A DNA stretch of 64,000 nt from Bdellovibrionales bacterium (GTDB lineage Bacteria > Bdellovibrionota > Bdellovibrionia > Bdellovibrionales > JAMPXM01): the NCBI GenBank assembly GCA_043739185.1, contig JAYUEN010000387.1, positions 1 through 64,000 on the forward strand, read 5' to 3'. This document shows, in pieces, positions 17,929-28,407 of the stretch. How positions within the stretch are numbered: the stretch's first letter is position 1; each line of letters starts with the position of its first letter. The position numbers were made by a program, and so were the translations under genes. Below the pieces are notes generated by a model. It ran no database searches. It was not told where the DNA came from and saw only the letters and a list, made by a program, of their open reading frames with translations.

Positions 17929-19386
17929 CTATTTAAACAATAATTGGCAAGAATTAGAAACAATAAATGAAGTCCTCGACCAAGGCATTTTTAATGGAGT
18001 CTTAGGTGCGAATTTGTGCTCCCAAAACTCAAGCATTGCTTTGCCATTTTGCTCCATTATTGCATCAACCGGAATAGGTCCCATATCAACTAAATAAGCA
18101 GTGCCGTCTCGAACCACAATATTGTCAGGAGCAATATCCAGTTTTATCAAACTCAAATTTGCCATCGCCAAAGCTTTGGAATGCAAATCAAGCACGGACT
18201 TCGCAACTCCTGCATCTAAATGGTCATGGGTTTTTATATAAGCCTCAAGGCTTGGTCCCTTAATGTATTCGCTTAATATCCATTGTCCCTCGGGGTCAAA
18301 AGCCAATATCTCAGGGCTATCAATTTGAAATTTCATCTTTGCCCAATGTTGTACGTTGACAATTCTTTTATTGGTTTCGCGACCCTTTTTATTGCGTGCC
18401 ATTTTGATCGCAATTTCAACGCCATTTTTTTCAATTACAAATACATCGGCTTCAAGTCCACTGCCTAAATATTTTTTAACCGGAAAAATCTCCTCGCCGA
18501 TTTTGACCGTCATTAAATTCTTGTGACGCTTTAATTTGACGACCATTGCCTTTGTATTTTCAAAGAGGCCGATGGATTTCAACATAGAAATTGCCTTTCG
18601 AGAGGTCCAATTTTTCAATCCAGACAAGGGTGTCGCATGATTATTGTCGAGAGTGTCGAGATACAATCCGCGGCCTAAAATGACCTCAATGCTACTCGGA
18701 GCAATTAGTTTTGAAAGTTCGCTCAATTTGAATTGAATTTCTGGTGAAGTTCGATCGGCGAAATATAAGTCAAGATTATGGTGAATATAGCTTCGCGCTT
18801 TTGAGGATGAAATTCCAGCAGGTCCTTCGGGCATAAGGTGCACATTTCGAGCCGCCAAATTTCTTGGGAGATGATAATTTTCGGCATGATCGCGGGGAAC
18901 GACCAGAGTCTCATCAGGGTGAATGAGAAAAAGTAAATAAGGAAGCGAACTTTCGGCCACATCTTGGCCAACAACGAGGTCTATTTGTACGTTCGGATTG
19001 ATTTCGCGAATTTTTTTGTAGAAGGCATTAAATGGATTGAATCCCTGAGATAGGGCGGCCCATTCGCCATCGAGAGGATAAGTCAAATTGGGATGCCGAT
19101 TTAGTGCGGCGTCGATCAGTTGAACTCTTACCTCAAATGGTTGTGGCTTTTTATGAACGGGGCTACCAGTTGGCAAAATGATCACTAAATCTGCGCCAGA
19201 GGCCTTTAAAGAAATTTCAGCAGTTTCAATATGGCCAAGACTTACGGGATCGTAAGTGCCTGGCATAATAAGAATTTTTTTTGCAGATTTAATTTTCTCA
19301 TAATCAAGAGGTACGCCAAAGCTCAATGAACTAAATCCGAGAAAACATACGAGTAGGCTAGCTAAAAAAAATCCGAATGACTTCAT
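17929..19386 (-). CDS. Exported NadD-like nucleotidyltransferase fused to a protein-kinase-like domain
   Basis: Signal peptide; PGTYDPVSLGH, P.HK, VVGQD, ISSS..R (NadD-like); YLGSG, AIK, D..PDN, VDMG (kinase fold); C-terminal CQLLFK. Confidence 0.7.
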   Translation of the reverse strand: MKSFGFFLASLLVCFLGFSSLSFGVPLDYEKIKSAKKILIMPGTYDPVSLGHIETAEISLKASGADLVIILPTGSPVHKKPQPFEVRVQLIDAALNRHPNLTYPLDGEWAALSQGFNPFNAFYKKIREINPNVQIDLVVGQDVAESSLPYLLFLIHPDETLVVPRDHAENYHLPRNLAARNVHLMPEGPAGISSSKARSYIHHNLDLYFADRTSPEIQFKLSELSKLIAPSSIEVILGRGLYLDTLDNNHATPLSGLKNWTSRKAISMLKSIGLFENTKAMVVKLKRHKNLMTVKIGEEIFPVKKYLGSGLEADVFVIEKNGVEIAIKMARNKKGRETNKRIVNVQHWAKMKFQIDSPEILAFDPEGQWILSEYIKGPSLEAYIKTHDHLDAGVAKSVLDLHSKALAMANLSLIKLDIAPDNIVVRDGTAYLVDMGPIPVDAIMEQNGKAMLEFWEHKFAPKTPLKMPWSRTSFIVSNSCQLLFK

Positions 19387-19701
19387 ATTAAAATAACCTT
19401 AATAAAGGGTCCAAGATTAGCTTAAACACATGGGCGCTAAGCTCGCAAATTGCCTATGGGTCTTAAACTAAGCGAATTCGCTGCCAAATCAGGGACTTAA
19501 TCAATTCAAGCTGAGCTGCATTTCATGAAATTTTTATCTTAAGCGAGCCGAAATCGGGCAGGTCTTTTGTCCGGTCCAAAAAGCTAAATCAGTATTCGGA
19601 AATGTTCTCAAAACGCCGAATAGATTCAGCGATCAAAGTGAAAAAATTTTGCTAAATCGATGATTTCAAATCGTATTTTTATAAGGGCGAAAAACAAACA
19701 A

Positions 19702-22700
19702 ATGAGCCAGCCTCAGGATATTAGCCAAAGAAGTATTTCATGGGTTTTGCATTCCCCCATTCGCCTGTTTGGGGTGCTTTTCATTTCAACGAGTTTGGTA
19801 TTTGGTTTTAGTTTTGCGTTTGTGTACGATATGATTCACCAATCCGATCGTGAAGTTGCTGAAAAGAATATTTTAAATTCAAGTGCGCTGGTAAATAAAG
19901 TTGTTGCAGAACACTTTGGCGGATTGATTTCTTATTTAGAGAGCTATGCCAATCGAGAGAAATTCGATGAACATTTGCTCAAAAAAAATTATAAAGCTGC
20001 ACAGGAACAACTTCAAAATATGGTGATCAATAATAAAGGCATAGATGTGGCCTTTTTCACTAGTACCACCGGCGAGATTCTACTTCTTTATCCGGACGAT
20101 CCTCAAGTTGTTGGCAAAAATTTTGCTTATCGCCAGTGGTTTCAGGCCGTTTCGAAAAGCGGGCATTCAATTGTTTCAGAGATTTATCGAACCGCCACTG
20201 GCGCCAAACCAAGTGTCGTCGCCGTTTCGACGCCAGTTAAGAATGCAATGGGTAAAATTGTAGGATATTTATCAAGCTTAAGCCAAACTCAGCAGCTTGC
20301 CAAATGGGCAATGGATCATCGACTCACCGAAAATGGTAGCGTTCTCTTAATTGATCAATCAGGAAACCTCGCGTTCGAAGACGACTCGAAAGGCTATGAT
20401 GCCCTAAAAATGAAAGCTAAGTTTCAAAGTCTTAGTCTTTTTGCAGGCAGGGCATTTTCTTTCGAAGCGCAAGATCCGCTCAGTGCTAAGCCCAGCCTAA
20501 TCGGTTCTTCAAAAGTTCCGGGATTAGAATGGAATGTTTTAGTCAGTGAGCCCCTTGATGAAATCTTTGAGCAAGAAAAAATGATTTTGCGAGGGCTGGT
20601 CGTATTCTTCACAATTGTGGCTTTCAGTTTGGTCGCCTGGTGTTTTTATTGGTTGAGTAGCATCCGAAAACTTCAGCAGAAAAGGATGCGAGACCACAAT
20701 GAACTTTTAGTTGCCAAGAAAAAGCTTGAGAACTTAATTTCAAATACAGATGTTGTCTTATTTGCAATTGATAAAAATGGTATCGTAACAAGTGTCGAAG
20801 GAAAAGGCCGCGAAGCAGCTCGTCAAGGAAGCAAGGATGGTTTAGGTAGATCTATATTTGAAATTCTAAAGGGTAACCATGAGCTCTCATCAGCAGTAAA
20901 ACGGGCACTTAGTGGTGAAAAGCAAAATATTCGGATCCAACTCAATGGACTTTGGCATGAAGTTTCTTATTCTCCCATTTTTGATTTAGAAAATAAACCT
21001 AATGGACTAACTGGTATCGCGCTCAATATCGATAAGCAAGTGAGTTCACAAAATCAACTAACGGAGGCACAAGATCGTCTTCAGACTCTTTTAAAACACG
21101 TCCCCTTTGCGTTTTGGGCCATTGATACCAATCGTAAGTTTGTTTTTCGCAATGGTATTGGAGTCAGTGCAACTGGTTTGACCTCCGCGCAAATGATTGA
21201 TCGCTCAATTGATGAAGTTTATAAAGATCATCCGCATGTCATAGTTGCTATGGATCGTGCCTTGGCCGGCGAATCATTTGTTGAGGTGACTCAGATCGGA
21301 ATACGCTGGTACGAAGTGACCTTTACTTCGATTCGCGACTCAGTTGAAAAAGTTGTCGGAATTTCAGGGATGACAATTGATATTACGGATCGTAAACATC
21401 ATCAAGACGAAAAGGCAGAGTTAGAGATTCGCGCTCGTGCGGCCAATGAAGCCTCTAAATTGAAGTCTGAATTCTTGGCAAATATGAGCCATGAAATCAG
21501 AACGCCGATCAATGGGGTTATGGGTATGGTCAATTTGTTGCTGGATACCGCTCTCACGAATGAGCAGATTGAATTCGCTAGTACCATCAAATCAAGTTCA
21601 GATTCTCTTCTCAATATTATCAATGATATTTTGGATTTTTCAAAAGTTGAGTCCGGCAAGCTTGAAATTGAGAGCTTGGATTTTGACATCGTAGAATTTG
21701 GTTTGGATTTAGAGAAACTGTTCAAAATGATGGCCGAGAAAAAGGGCCTTCAGTTTCATTTTCAAGTTGGCAAAATAAAGCATCAAGTGTTTAAGGGTGA
21801 CATCGGAAGAATTCGTCAGGTGCTCAACAATTTAGTCGGAAATGCAATAAAGTTTACGAAGGCGGGAAGCGTTAGTGTACAGATTCAATCCTTAGAGGAT
21901 AATTCAACAGATTCTCATTTCAAATTTTTAGTTGAAGACACCGGCATCGGAATGTCTAAAACCTACCAAGAAAAAATGTTTCAAGCATTTTCCCAAGCCG
22001 ATGCCTCGATTACAAGAAGGTTCGGCGGTACGGGATTGGGGCTTTCAATTTGCAAAAAGTTAGTAGAGCTTATGGGTGGCAAAATTGGCCTTCTCAGTAA
22101 AGAGGGCGAGGGGACAACTTTTTGGTTTGAGCTGAGACTTGAAAAATCTCAAAAAATTCTCGCCCGAGACGAGGAAATTGTATTGGCCGTGGCAAAATCC
22201 CAAACTAAAAAGTACAGAATATTGGTGGCAGAAGACAATACCACCAATCAAAAGATTGTCGCCGCTCAATTGGCTAAGATGGGCTACCATGCCGATCTAG
22301 TTGCAAACGGTGAAGAGGCATTGCAGGCTTTACAGCTTTTGCCCTATGATATGGTTTTAATGGATTGCCAAATGCCTGAGATGGATGGCTATGAAGCCAC
22401 ACAGATAATACGAGCCAATATGGACTCTCAATTTTCTCATATTCCCATTATTGCATTGACTGCAAATGCTTTGGCTGGCGATCGCGAGCGCTGCCTGACC
22501 GCAGGTATGAACGACTATTTATCAAAGCCTTTTTCGACAAAAGATTTGGCAGCTAAGATTAGTCGTTGGTTGCATCAGCCCGTTCAAGTGCCATCATCTT
22601 CAGAGGCTACTACGTCCTTGTCGGCTGACTCCTCACTTGATGAAAACTGTTTAAATGAATTGCGTGACCTCGGCGGGGGTACAAATGCCATCATATTAGA

Positions 22701-22980
22701 GATTGGTGAGCTTTTACTCATCAATCTACCAAAGGAAATAGCAGCGTTGAAGTTTGCTCTTCGCGATAAGAATTCAAATGATTTGGCGGCAATTGCTCAT
22801 AAAGTGAAGTCAGGCTGCGCTAGCTTTGGCGCGCTTGGTCTTGCGAAATATCTCACCGAGCTCGAAAGCTTTGCCAAAGCTGGTGACCTTAAAGGGGTTT
22901 CCCAAGCGATCAATAAAATTGAACTTGAGTTCGGGCGAGTTGAAAGTGACTTTACCCAAAAGTATAAACTCGCCTCTTAG
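19702..22980 (+). CDS. Hybrid sensor histidine kinase (Cache-PAS-PAS-HisKA-HATPase-REC-HPt)
   Basis: FLANMSHEIRTP, NAIKFT, DTGIG, GGTGLGL, LMDCQMP, AHKVKSG; alternative start 19660. Confidence 0.93.
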   Translation: MSQPQDISQRSISWVLHSPIRLFGVLFISTSLVFGFSFAFVYDMIHQSDREVAEKNILNSSALVNKVVAEHFGGLISYLESYANREKFDEHLLKKNYKAAQEQLQNMVINNKGIDVAFFTSTTGEILLLYPDDPQVVGKNFAYRQWFQAVSKSGHSIVSEIYRTATGAKPSVVAVSTPVKNAMGKIVGYLSSLSQTQQLAKWAMDHRLTENGSVLLIDQSGNLAFEDDSKGYDALKMKAKFQSLSLFAGRAFSFEAQDPLSAKPSLIGSSKVPGLEWNVLVSEPLDEIFEQEKMILRGLVVFFTIVAFSLVAWCFYWLSSIRKLQQKRMRDHNELLVAKKKLENLISNTDVVLFAIDKNGIVTSVEGKGREAARQGSKDGLGRSIFEILKGNHELSSAVKRALSGEKQNIRIQLNGLWHEVSYSPIFDLENKPNGLTGIALNIDKQVSSQNQLTEAQDRLQTLLKHVPFAFWAIDTNRKFVFRNGIGVSATGLTSAQMIDRSIDEVYKDHPHVIVAMDRALAGESFVEVTQIGIRWYEVTFTSIRDSVEKVVGISGMTIDITDRKHHQDEKAELEIRARAANEASKLKSEFLANMSHEIRTPINGVMGMVNLLLDTALTNEQIEFASTIKSSSDSLLNIINDILDFSKVESGKLEIESLDFDIVEFGLDLEKLFKMMAEKKGLQFHFQVGKIKHQVFKGDIGRIRQVLNNLVGNAIKFTKAGSVSVQIQSLEDNSTDSHFKFLVEDTGIGMSKTYQEKMFQAFSQADASITRRFGGTGLGLSICKKLVELMGGKIGLLSKEGEGTTFWFELRLEKSQKILARDEEIVLAVAKSQTKKYRILVAEDNTTNQKIVAAQLAKMGYHADLVANGEEALQALQLLPYDMVLMDCQMPEMDGYEATQIIRANMDSQFSHIPIIALTANALAGDRERCLTAGMNDYLSKPFSTKDLAAKISRWLHQPVQVPSSSEATTSLSADSSLDENCLNELRDLGGGTNAIILEIGELLLINLPKEIAALKFALRDKNSNDLAAIAHKVKSGCASFGALGLAKYLTELESFAKAGDLKGVSQAINKIELEFGRVESDFTQKYKLAS

Positions 22981-23031
22981 ACTGCCCCTTAGATGTTTGA
23001 CCTCTACTGCAGCTTCGTGATTGACTAGGCT

Positions 23032-23391
23032 ATGAATATCTCACTCAAAGGCTTCATCTTTTTGATAGCAATTTTACATTTTTACTTTTTGTGCCTTGAG
23101 ATGTTTTTTTGGACAAAGCCCTTTGGCCAAAAGCAATTTCGAATGACAAAGGAGTATGCAGCTTCAACTGCAAAGCTAGCGGCCAACCAAGGGCTATACA
23201 ATGGATTTTTAGCGGCAGGTCTCATTTGGTCTACGATTTCTTCGAATTCACAATTTTCAAAAGAATTGGGAATGTTTTTTCTAAGTTGTGTGGTGGTTGC
23301 GGGGATATATGGTGGCTACTCGGTCAATCGACGCATATTTTTCATTCAAGCATTGCCCGCCTTAATTGTTCTTTTCATACTTTTGTATTGA
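23032..23391 (+). CDS. DUF1304 family membrane protein
   Basis: H.YF..LEMF.W, ANQGLYNGFLA, YG..S...I...Q. Confidence 0.85.
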   Translation: MNISLKGFIFLIAILHFYFLCLEMFFWTKPFGQKQFRMTKEYAASTAKLAANQGLYNGFLAAGLIWSTISSNSQFSKELGMFFLSCVVVAGIYGGYSVNRRIFFIQALPALIVLFILLY

Positions 23392-23400
23392 GGTATTAAA

Positions 23401-24306
23401 ATGGATCGCAGTATTCAGGTTTGTAATATTTTATCTCGTATCGTAGTCGGAGGGATGTTTCGCTCTGACTATTCGACTAAAAGCTTGCGGCGAAATATGA
23501 ATCTGATTTCAGCAATTCCGCAAGCAGTACTTAAAAGACGCTCGCCAACAACAGAAATCGAAGCCGTCAACATTGATGGTTTAGAGGCCGAGTTTATTTC
23601 GACTCAGGCAAATCATGCAGGAATTTTGCTCTATTTGCATGGCGGTGGATACTTTATGGGATCGATTGCAACTCATCGCAGAAGCGCGTGGGAAGTATCA
23701 CATCACTGCAACCTAAAAGTTCTTTTGATTAATTATCGACTGGCACCCGAGCATCCTTATCCCGCAGCTTTAGATGACGCGAAAAAGGCTTACCGGTTTT
23801 TAAAAAATAAATTTCCGCATCTGCCAGTCTCAGTGGGCGGAGATTCGGCTGGTGGCGGCTTGAGTCTCGCTTTAACAATGGCACTTCGAGATGAAGGCGA
23901 GCCGCTGCCTGCGCGCCTATTTGCAGTGTCACCTTGGGCCAATTTAAATGTTGAAGGCGAATCTATCAAGCGTAACCATGCCAATGATTTTTGGCTGAAA
24001 GAAAAGGTACTCAAGCGTTGGGCCTCGTTGTATTTTGCGAAGAACGCGCCCCATCAGCCTTATATCTCGCCTGCGCTCGGAAGTTTTGAAAAATTTCCTC
24101 CGTTCTTAATTTTTTGCGGTGATCAAGAAATTCTGCAAAGTGATTCTGAGCAAGTTTTTGATAAAGCAAAAAAAGCAGGCGTGAATGTAAAATTACATAT
24201 CGGAAAGAATATGCAGCATGTGTGGTTTCTAGCATTTCCTTTTTTAGCTGAAAGTAAACGTGCCTTTTTAGCTCTTCAAGAATTTTTTGGAAGTTCAAAT
24301 GAGTGA
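23401..24306 (+). CDS. Alpha/beta hydrolase (HSL-family esterase)
   Basis: HGGGY, YRLAPEHPYPA, GDSAGG, HVW. Confidence 0.9.
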   Translation: MDRSIQVCNILSRIVVGGMFRSDYSTKSLRRNMNLISAIPQAVLKRRSPTTEIEAVNIDGLEAEFISTQANHAGILLYLHGGGYFMGSIATHRRSAWEVSHHCNLKVLLINYRLAPEHPYPAALDDAKKAYRFLKNKFPHLPVSVGGDSAGGGLSLALTMALRDEGEPLPARLFAVSPWANLNVEGESIKRNHANDFWLKEKVLKRWASLYFAKNAPHQPYISPALGSFEKFPPFLIFCGDQEILQSDSEQVFDKAKKAGVNVKLHIGKNMQHVWFLAFPFLAESKRAFLALQEFFGSSNE

Positions 24307-24550
24307 AGAACTTGCAGCTCCCATTGAAGTACCGGTCGAGGCGCTAAGTGATGAGACTTTAACTGCAGTTATTGAGTCCTTTATTTTGCGTGAGGCAACC
24401 GATTACGGTCGGGAAGAGTTATCGCATGAAACGAAGGTCTTAAGGCTTCGAAAGCAATTGGCAAAAGCTGAGATCAAATTAATTTTTGATGCCAATACCG
24501 AGTCGATTACATTTATAACCCAAAAAGATTGGGCGAAGCTGAGGCCTTAA
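24299..24550 (+). CDS. yheU: YheU (UPF0270) family protein
   Basis: L...TL..VIESFILREATDYG..E. Confidence 0.8.
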   Translation: MSEELAAPIEVPVEALSDETLTAVIESFILREATDYGREELSHETKVLRLRKQLAKAEIKLIFDANTESITFITQKDWAKLRP

Positions 24551-25645
24551 ATGTTTGAAGAATTAAAAGCTAAAATTGCAAAATTCAAACATCAACATGA
24601 GTCTAAGCTCGACTTGGTGTTTTTCGTGGGTGGCTTTGCCTTTGATGCTTTTATGGTCTCAGATGTCGATGAGCCTTTGGCCATTTTTCAGCAGGCACTT
24701 TATTTACTCATAATTGCCACTTTGATTCATTTTGAATTGCTTTTTCGACTGAGAAAATGGCGACCAAGTGATCGGATCGCCAAATTTTGGAACTATCGCA
24801 ACCTATTGCTTCACTTTTTGTTGGGAACCCTTCTCAATATTTACTCAATTTTTTATATAAAGAGTGCATCGTTCATCAATAGTTTGATTTTTCTCTTTTT
24901 GATGGCAGCTATGATTCTGGGTAATGAACTCCCTATAATTAAGAAATCAAAAGTAAGTTTCAAGGTGGGTCTTTTTGCTATTTGTTTGTTTTCTTATATT
25001 TCAATTTTATTTCCACTGGTTTTGGGTTTTATCGGTTGGACTCCCTTTATACTTTCGAGTATCACAACTTCAGTTTTGTTTTTCTTGCAGTTTAAGTTTT
25101 TACAAAAAAAAATTAATGATGCGCGTTTGTTGTTTCGGGCAACACTTTTTCCGAGTATCTCGGTTTTAGTGGTCTTTGTGTTTTTTTATTTTATGGGGTG
25201 GATACCGCCAGTTCCCTTGAGCGTCAAAGAGCAAGGTATTTATCATTTGGTTGAAAAAAAAGAAGGCACTTGGCTGCTTTCGTCCGAGCGGGACGATTGG
25301 AAGTTTTGGCAAAAGGGCGATCAAGATTTTAAGGCTGAGGCTGGGGATAAAATTTATTTTTATGCTCAGATATATTCGCCCGCCCGTTTTGCAGACGAGG
25401 TTTATGTGCAATTTTCTCACTTAGATGCCAAGGGAAACTGGCACTCTGCAGATCATATTCCACTGAAAATATTTGGAGGCCGTAAAGAAGGTTTTCGAGG
25501 TCTCGCAATCAAATCCAATTATGAAACCGGAAAGTGGCGGGTACAGGTGGTGACCGCGACCCATCAAGAAATTTCGCGGCTCTATTTTGAGGTCAGCTCT
25601 GTCGCGGCAAATCCGGTACGCGCGTTCAAAGTGATCACTCGCTAG
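24551..25645 (+). CDS. Multi-pass membrane protein with DUF2914-like C-terminal domain
   Basis: Multiple TM segments, IPPVPL, I.GGR.EGFRG, G.WRV.V.T. Confidence 0.7.
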   Translation: MFEELKAKIAKFKHQHESKLDLVFFVGGFAFDAFMVSDVDEPLAIFQQALYLLIIATLIHFELLFRLRKWRPSDRIAKFWNYRNLLLHFLLGTLLNIYSIFYIKSASFINSLIFLFLMAAMILGNELPIIKKSKVSFKVGLFAICLFSYISILFPLVLGFIGWTPFILSSITTSVLFFLQFKFLQKKINDARLLFRATLFPSISVLVVFVFFYFMGWIPPVPLSVKEQGIYHLVEKKEGTWLLSSERDDWKFWQKGDQDFKAEAGDKIYFYAQIYSPARFADEVYVQFSHLDAKGNWHSADHIPLKIFGGRKEGFRGLAIKSNYETGKWRVQVVTATHQEISRLYFEVSSVAANPVRAFKVITR

Positions 25646-26024
25646 TTGCAACGGGATCAATGAGAAGAACCATCTGACAAGCGCTACACTCTTTTCGAAG
25701 TGGCCACTTGAAACTTAAGTTTCTAATTTCAAAATCAATTTGACAATTGGGACACACAATTTTTTCAGAATTCATTTCAAAAGGAAGATTGAATTTCAAA
25801 GTTCCGATCACAATGCCAAAAACTAAAAAGCCAGGCACCAATAAAAAATGCGCTACCGGAATGAAAACGCAGATCAGTGCTATGGCCCAGCTTAGGGCCA
25901 ATGCTTTTATTCCCGCAAAAATTCTCTCACGTTTAAAAAGTGTTCGAATCAGGGCTTTTGAGTAATTGAAATTGTCAGCATTCATGGCAACCAAGACTCG
26001 CAGTTTGACGCTTTGAGGGTTCAT
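25635..26024 (-). CDS. Hypothetical membrane protein with Zn-ribbon
   Basis: Two TM segments (IPVAHF), CPNC...CSAC. Confidence 0.65.
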   Translation of the reverse strand: MNPQSVKLRVLVAMNADNFNYSKALIRTLFKRERIFAGIKALALSWAIALICVFIPVAHFLLVPGFLVFGIVIGTLKFNLPFEMNSEKIVCPNCQIDFEIRNLSFKWPLRKECSACQMVLLIDPVATSE

Positions 26025-26030
26025 CTTTAA

Positions 26031-27245
26031 TTAACCAATTCGAAATTGTTTTCTTAAGGCCAAAATCGGGAGGCTCACCATAAGAAAAATACCAACATAA
26101 GCAAAGCCCAATATTTTCATAGCGTGATCTGGCCCCCCGTGATCAAGTGCTCGACCTATAATTGGTCCAAACACTATAAATAAAGCTCTCATGCCAAGAC
26201 TTCCGACGGAATTAATGGTCGCCCGCATCTCGGCTGGAACTCGAGAATTAATTGCATCTTGAAAAATAACTTGATTCAAGCCTCGGCAGACCGGGAATGC
26301 CATTGTAAAAATAAGACCAATGAGTCCGCCAGTAAATCCCATTCCGAAATAACCAATGATGGGCATGAGTCCAATAATGATAACCACTCGAGTAGAGCCA
26401 AAACGAGTTTCAAAGCGATGGGCGAATCGACTAATCAAGGCAACCAAAACGCAATTGGCAGCCCATAGATATCCAAAGAATGTATAGTCAAGTCCACGCG
26501 ATTTCCAATAAGGCTGTAGGCTCCAAACCGCACAGTAAGTTGCAAAGCCATAAAGAATAAAACTTGAAAGTATCAGGCTGAGAAGTTTGGAATGTCCAAA
26601 TAATGCCTTACCAATTTGTCGAAAATTTTTGAGATGAGATTCGCGAGAAAGTTTTTGTCCGGAGGGTTCATAAACACTGAAGGCAAATAAAACCGTCATC
26701 CAAACACTCATGGCATTTGCATATGCCGGCCAGTTTAATGAAATGCCTGCAAGCAGTCCGCCGAGAACTGAGGCGATGGCTTCGCCGATACTCAAATAAA
26801 AAACGCGTCTACCTAAAAATTTTGCCTTACTTCCGGCAATATTTAGTTTTTCAATTGAGTGATACAATATGGCAATATCACATCCAGATTGAAGACTCAG
26901 ACCAATTCCGACGACAATTTCGTAGACAACAAAGTCTAAAAATGTTTGGCCAAACCAAAGTATCTGAAAGCCAAGGGCGGAAATGATGCTTCCTATAACA
27001 AGAGTTTTTTTGCGCCCGAAGAGATCGGCTAAGTAGCCTGCGGGTGCATCAAATAAAATGAGCGCAAATCCAAAAACTCCTTGCAGCATAAAAATTTCTT
27101 GTAAGCTCAGGCCTTTCTTTTGCCAAAATGGCACAATGACAGGAATGACGATCAAAAAAGATTGAAAAAATGAATATCCGTAAAGTTTAAAGAAATTTCT
27201 CTCGAGCCTAATTTTCTCAAGTGATTCGGAATCGCTAGGTGTCAT
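26031..27245 (-). CDS. MFS transporter
   Basis: GYLADLFGRKK motif A, ~12 TM, RATINS. Confidence 0.88.
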   Translation of the reverse strand: MTPSDSESLEKIRLERNFFKLYGYSFFQSFLIVIPVIVPFWQKKGLSLQEIFMLQGVFGFALILFDAPAGYLADLFGRKKTLVIGSIISALGFQILWFGQTFLDFVVYEIVVGIGLSLQSGCDIAILYHSIEKLNIAGSKAKFLGRRVFYLSIGEAIASVLGGLLAGISLNWPAYANAMSVWMTVLFAFSVYEPSGQKLSRESHLKNFRQIGKALFGHSKLLSLILSSFILYGFATYCAVWSLQPYWKSRGLDYTFFGYLWAANCVLVALISRFAHRFETRFGSTRVVIIIGLMPIIGYFGMGFTGGLIGLIFTMAFPVCRGLNQVIFQDAINSRVPAEMRATINSVGSLGMRALFIVFGPIIGRALDHGGPDHAMKILGFAYVGIFLMVSLPILALRKQFRIG

Positions 27246-27384
27246 GAACTAAGTCTAAATCAAAATGGTACGGAAGATAAAGTTCGAAAAGCGATTTTTT
27301 GGATAGCGCATTCAAAAGGGGAGGCATTTGGGCTCGACCTTGAGTTTGCAAAAGGGCTGAGTACACAACCATAAGGAGGTTTGT

Positions 27385-27618
27385 ATGAGAAAAATCACTT
27401 CAGTTTTAGCCTTGGCTGCAGCCTTGGCACTAGCGGCACCACAGGCTATGGCGGCGACAAAAGGCGCCGGACACAAAATAGCGGTGGTAAAGCCAATTAA
27501 TAGGGTGAAAAAATCCACCCTGAGAAAGAATACCGCAATGGCTGCAAAACGAGTCACGAAAAAGCGAATCGTGTCTCATCGCAAGTTTCAAAAACAAAAA
27601 CCGGCCTCAGCTGTATAG
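27385..27618 (+). CDS. Small exported Lys/Arg-rich peptide
   Basis: Strong RBS AAGGAGG; AMA signal cleavage; 17 K/R and no D/E in the 54-aa mature part; own terminator. Confidence 0.75.
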   Translation: MRKITSVLALAAALALAAPQAMAATKGAGHKIAVVKPINRVKKSTLRKNTAMAAKRVTKKRIVSHRKFQKQKPASAV

Positions 27619-27637
27619 ACGGGTTCTATGTTTTTTG

Positions 27638-27674
27638 AAGGCGCAGCGAGACTGGACTCACGCTGCGCCTTTTT
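27638..27674 (+). terminator. Rho-independent terminator
   Basis: AAGGCGCAGCG / CGCTGCGCCTT stem followed by a T-run. Confidence 0.8.
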
Positions 27675-27726
27675 AATTTTCATGCAGACATTGAATTTGT
27701 ACCTCTGAAATGCTATCCCAAAAGCA

Positions 27727-28407
27727 ATGAAGAAAATTTGGCTTTTGGTTAAATTATTTTTTAATCTAATTCGTGTATCTATATCGCCATCTCAAACGGG
27801 AGCCGTACTTGGCATCGGCGAAAGTCTTTATGGGCTCGGCTTTGTCGATAAGATGAAAGAACGATTGGATTCTATTCCTGAATGCGTTCAAATTATGAAT
27901 CAACGAAAACTTTTGGCCCCTTTTGATCTTAAGGCATTGCAAAAGCTTCCCAATGGGAGCTTTGGGCGATGTTACGCTGATCATATGATTGGGCGAGGCT
28001 TGAGTCCTGATTTTTATAAACATATTAAAGTTACCAACGCGCAGACTTTTAGCATGATGAGGCTTCGACAGACACATGACCTTTGGCATGTCATTACCGG
28101 ATTTGATACCTCCGTAACCGGCGAAATTGGCTTACAAGCATTTTACTATGCTCAATTGAGAACGCCCCTGGCCCCCATTCTCATTGGTGGAAGTCTGTTG
28201 ACCGCAAGTATTAAAAATCGGGCTTCGCTGGTGAAAATTTTTGAAAGCATTGTTTCAGGTTGGCAATTGGGAATCCGAGCAAAATGTCTTTTTGCAGTAG
28301 ATTGGGAAGCGAATTGGCAGACGCCACTCAAACAATTTCAACAGGAGCTACTCGGAGAGGGTGCGATTTTGAATATGAACAATGGCAATGCGAGTATTTT
28401 GGTTTGA
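27727..28407 (+). CDS. Coq4 family protein
   Basis: LP.GSFG..Y, THDLWHVITG, GEIGLQAF. Confidence 0.8.
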   Translation: MKKIWLLVKLFFNLIRVSISPSQTGAVLGIGESLYGLGFVDKMKERLDSIPECVQIMNQRKLLAPFDLKALQKLPNGSFGRCYADHMIGRGLSPDFYKHIKVTNAQTFSMMRLRQTHDLWHVITGFDTSVTGEIGLQAFYYAQLRTPLAPILIGGSLLTASIKNRASLVKIFESIVSGWQLGIRAKCLFAVDWEANWQTPLKQFQQELLGEGAILNMNNGNASILV

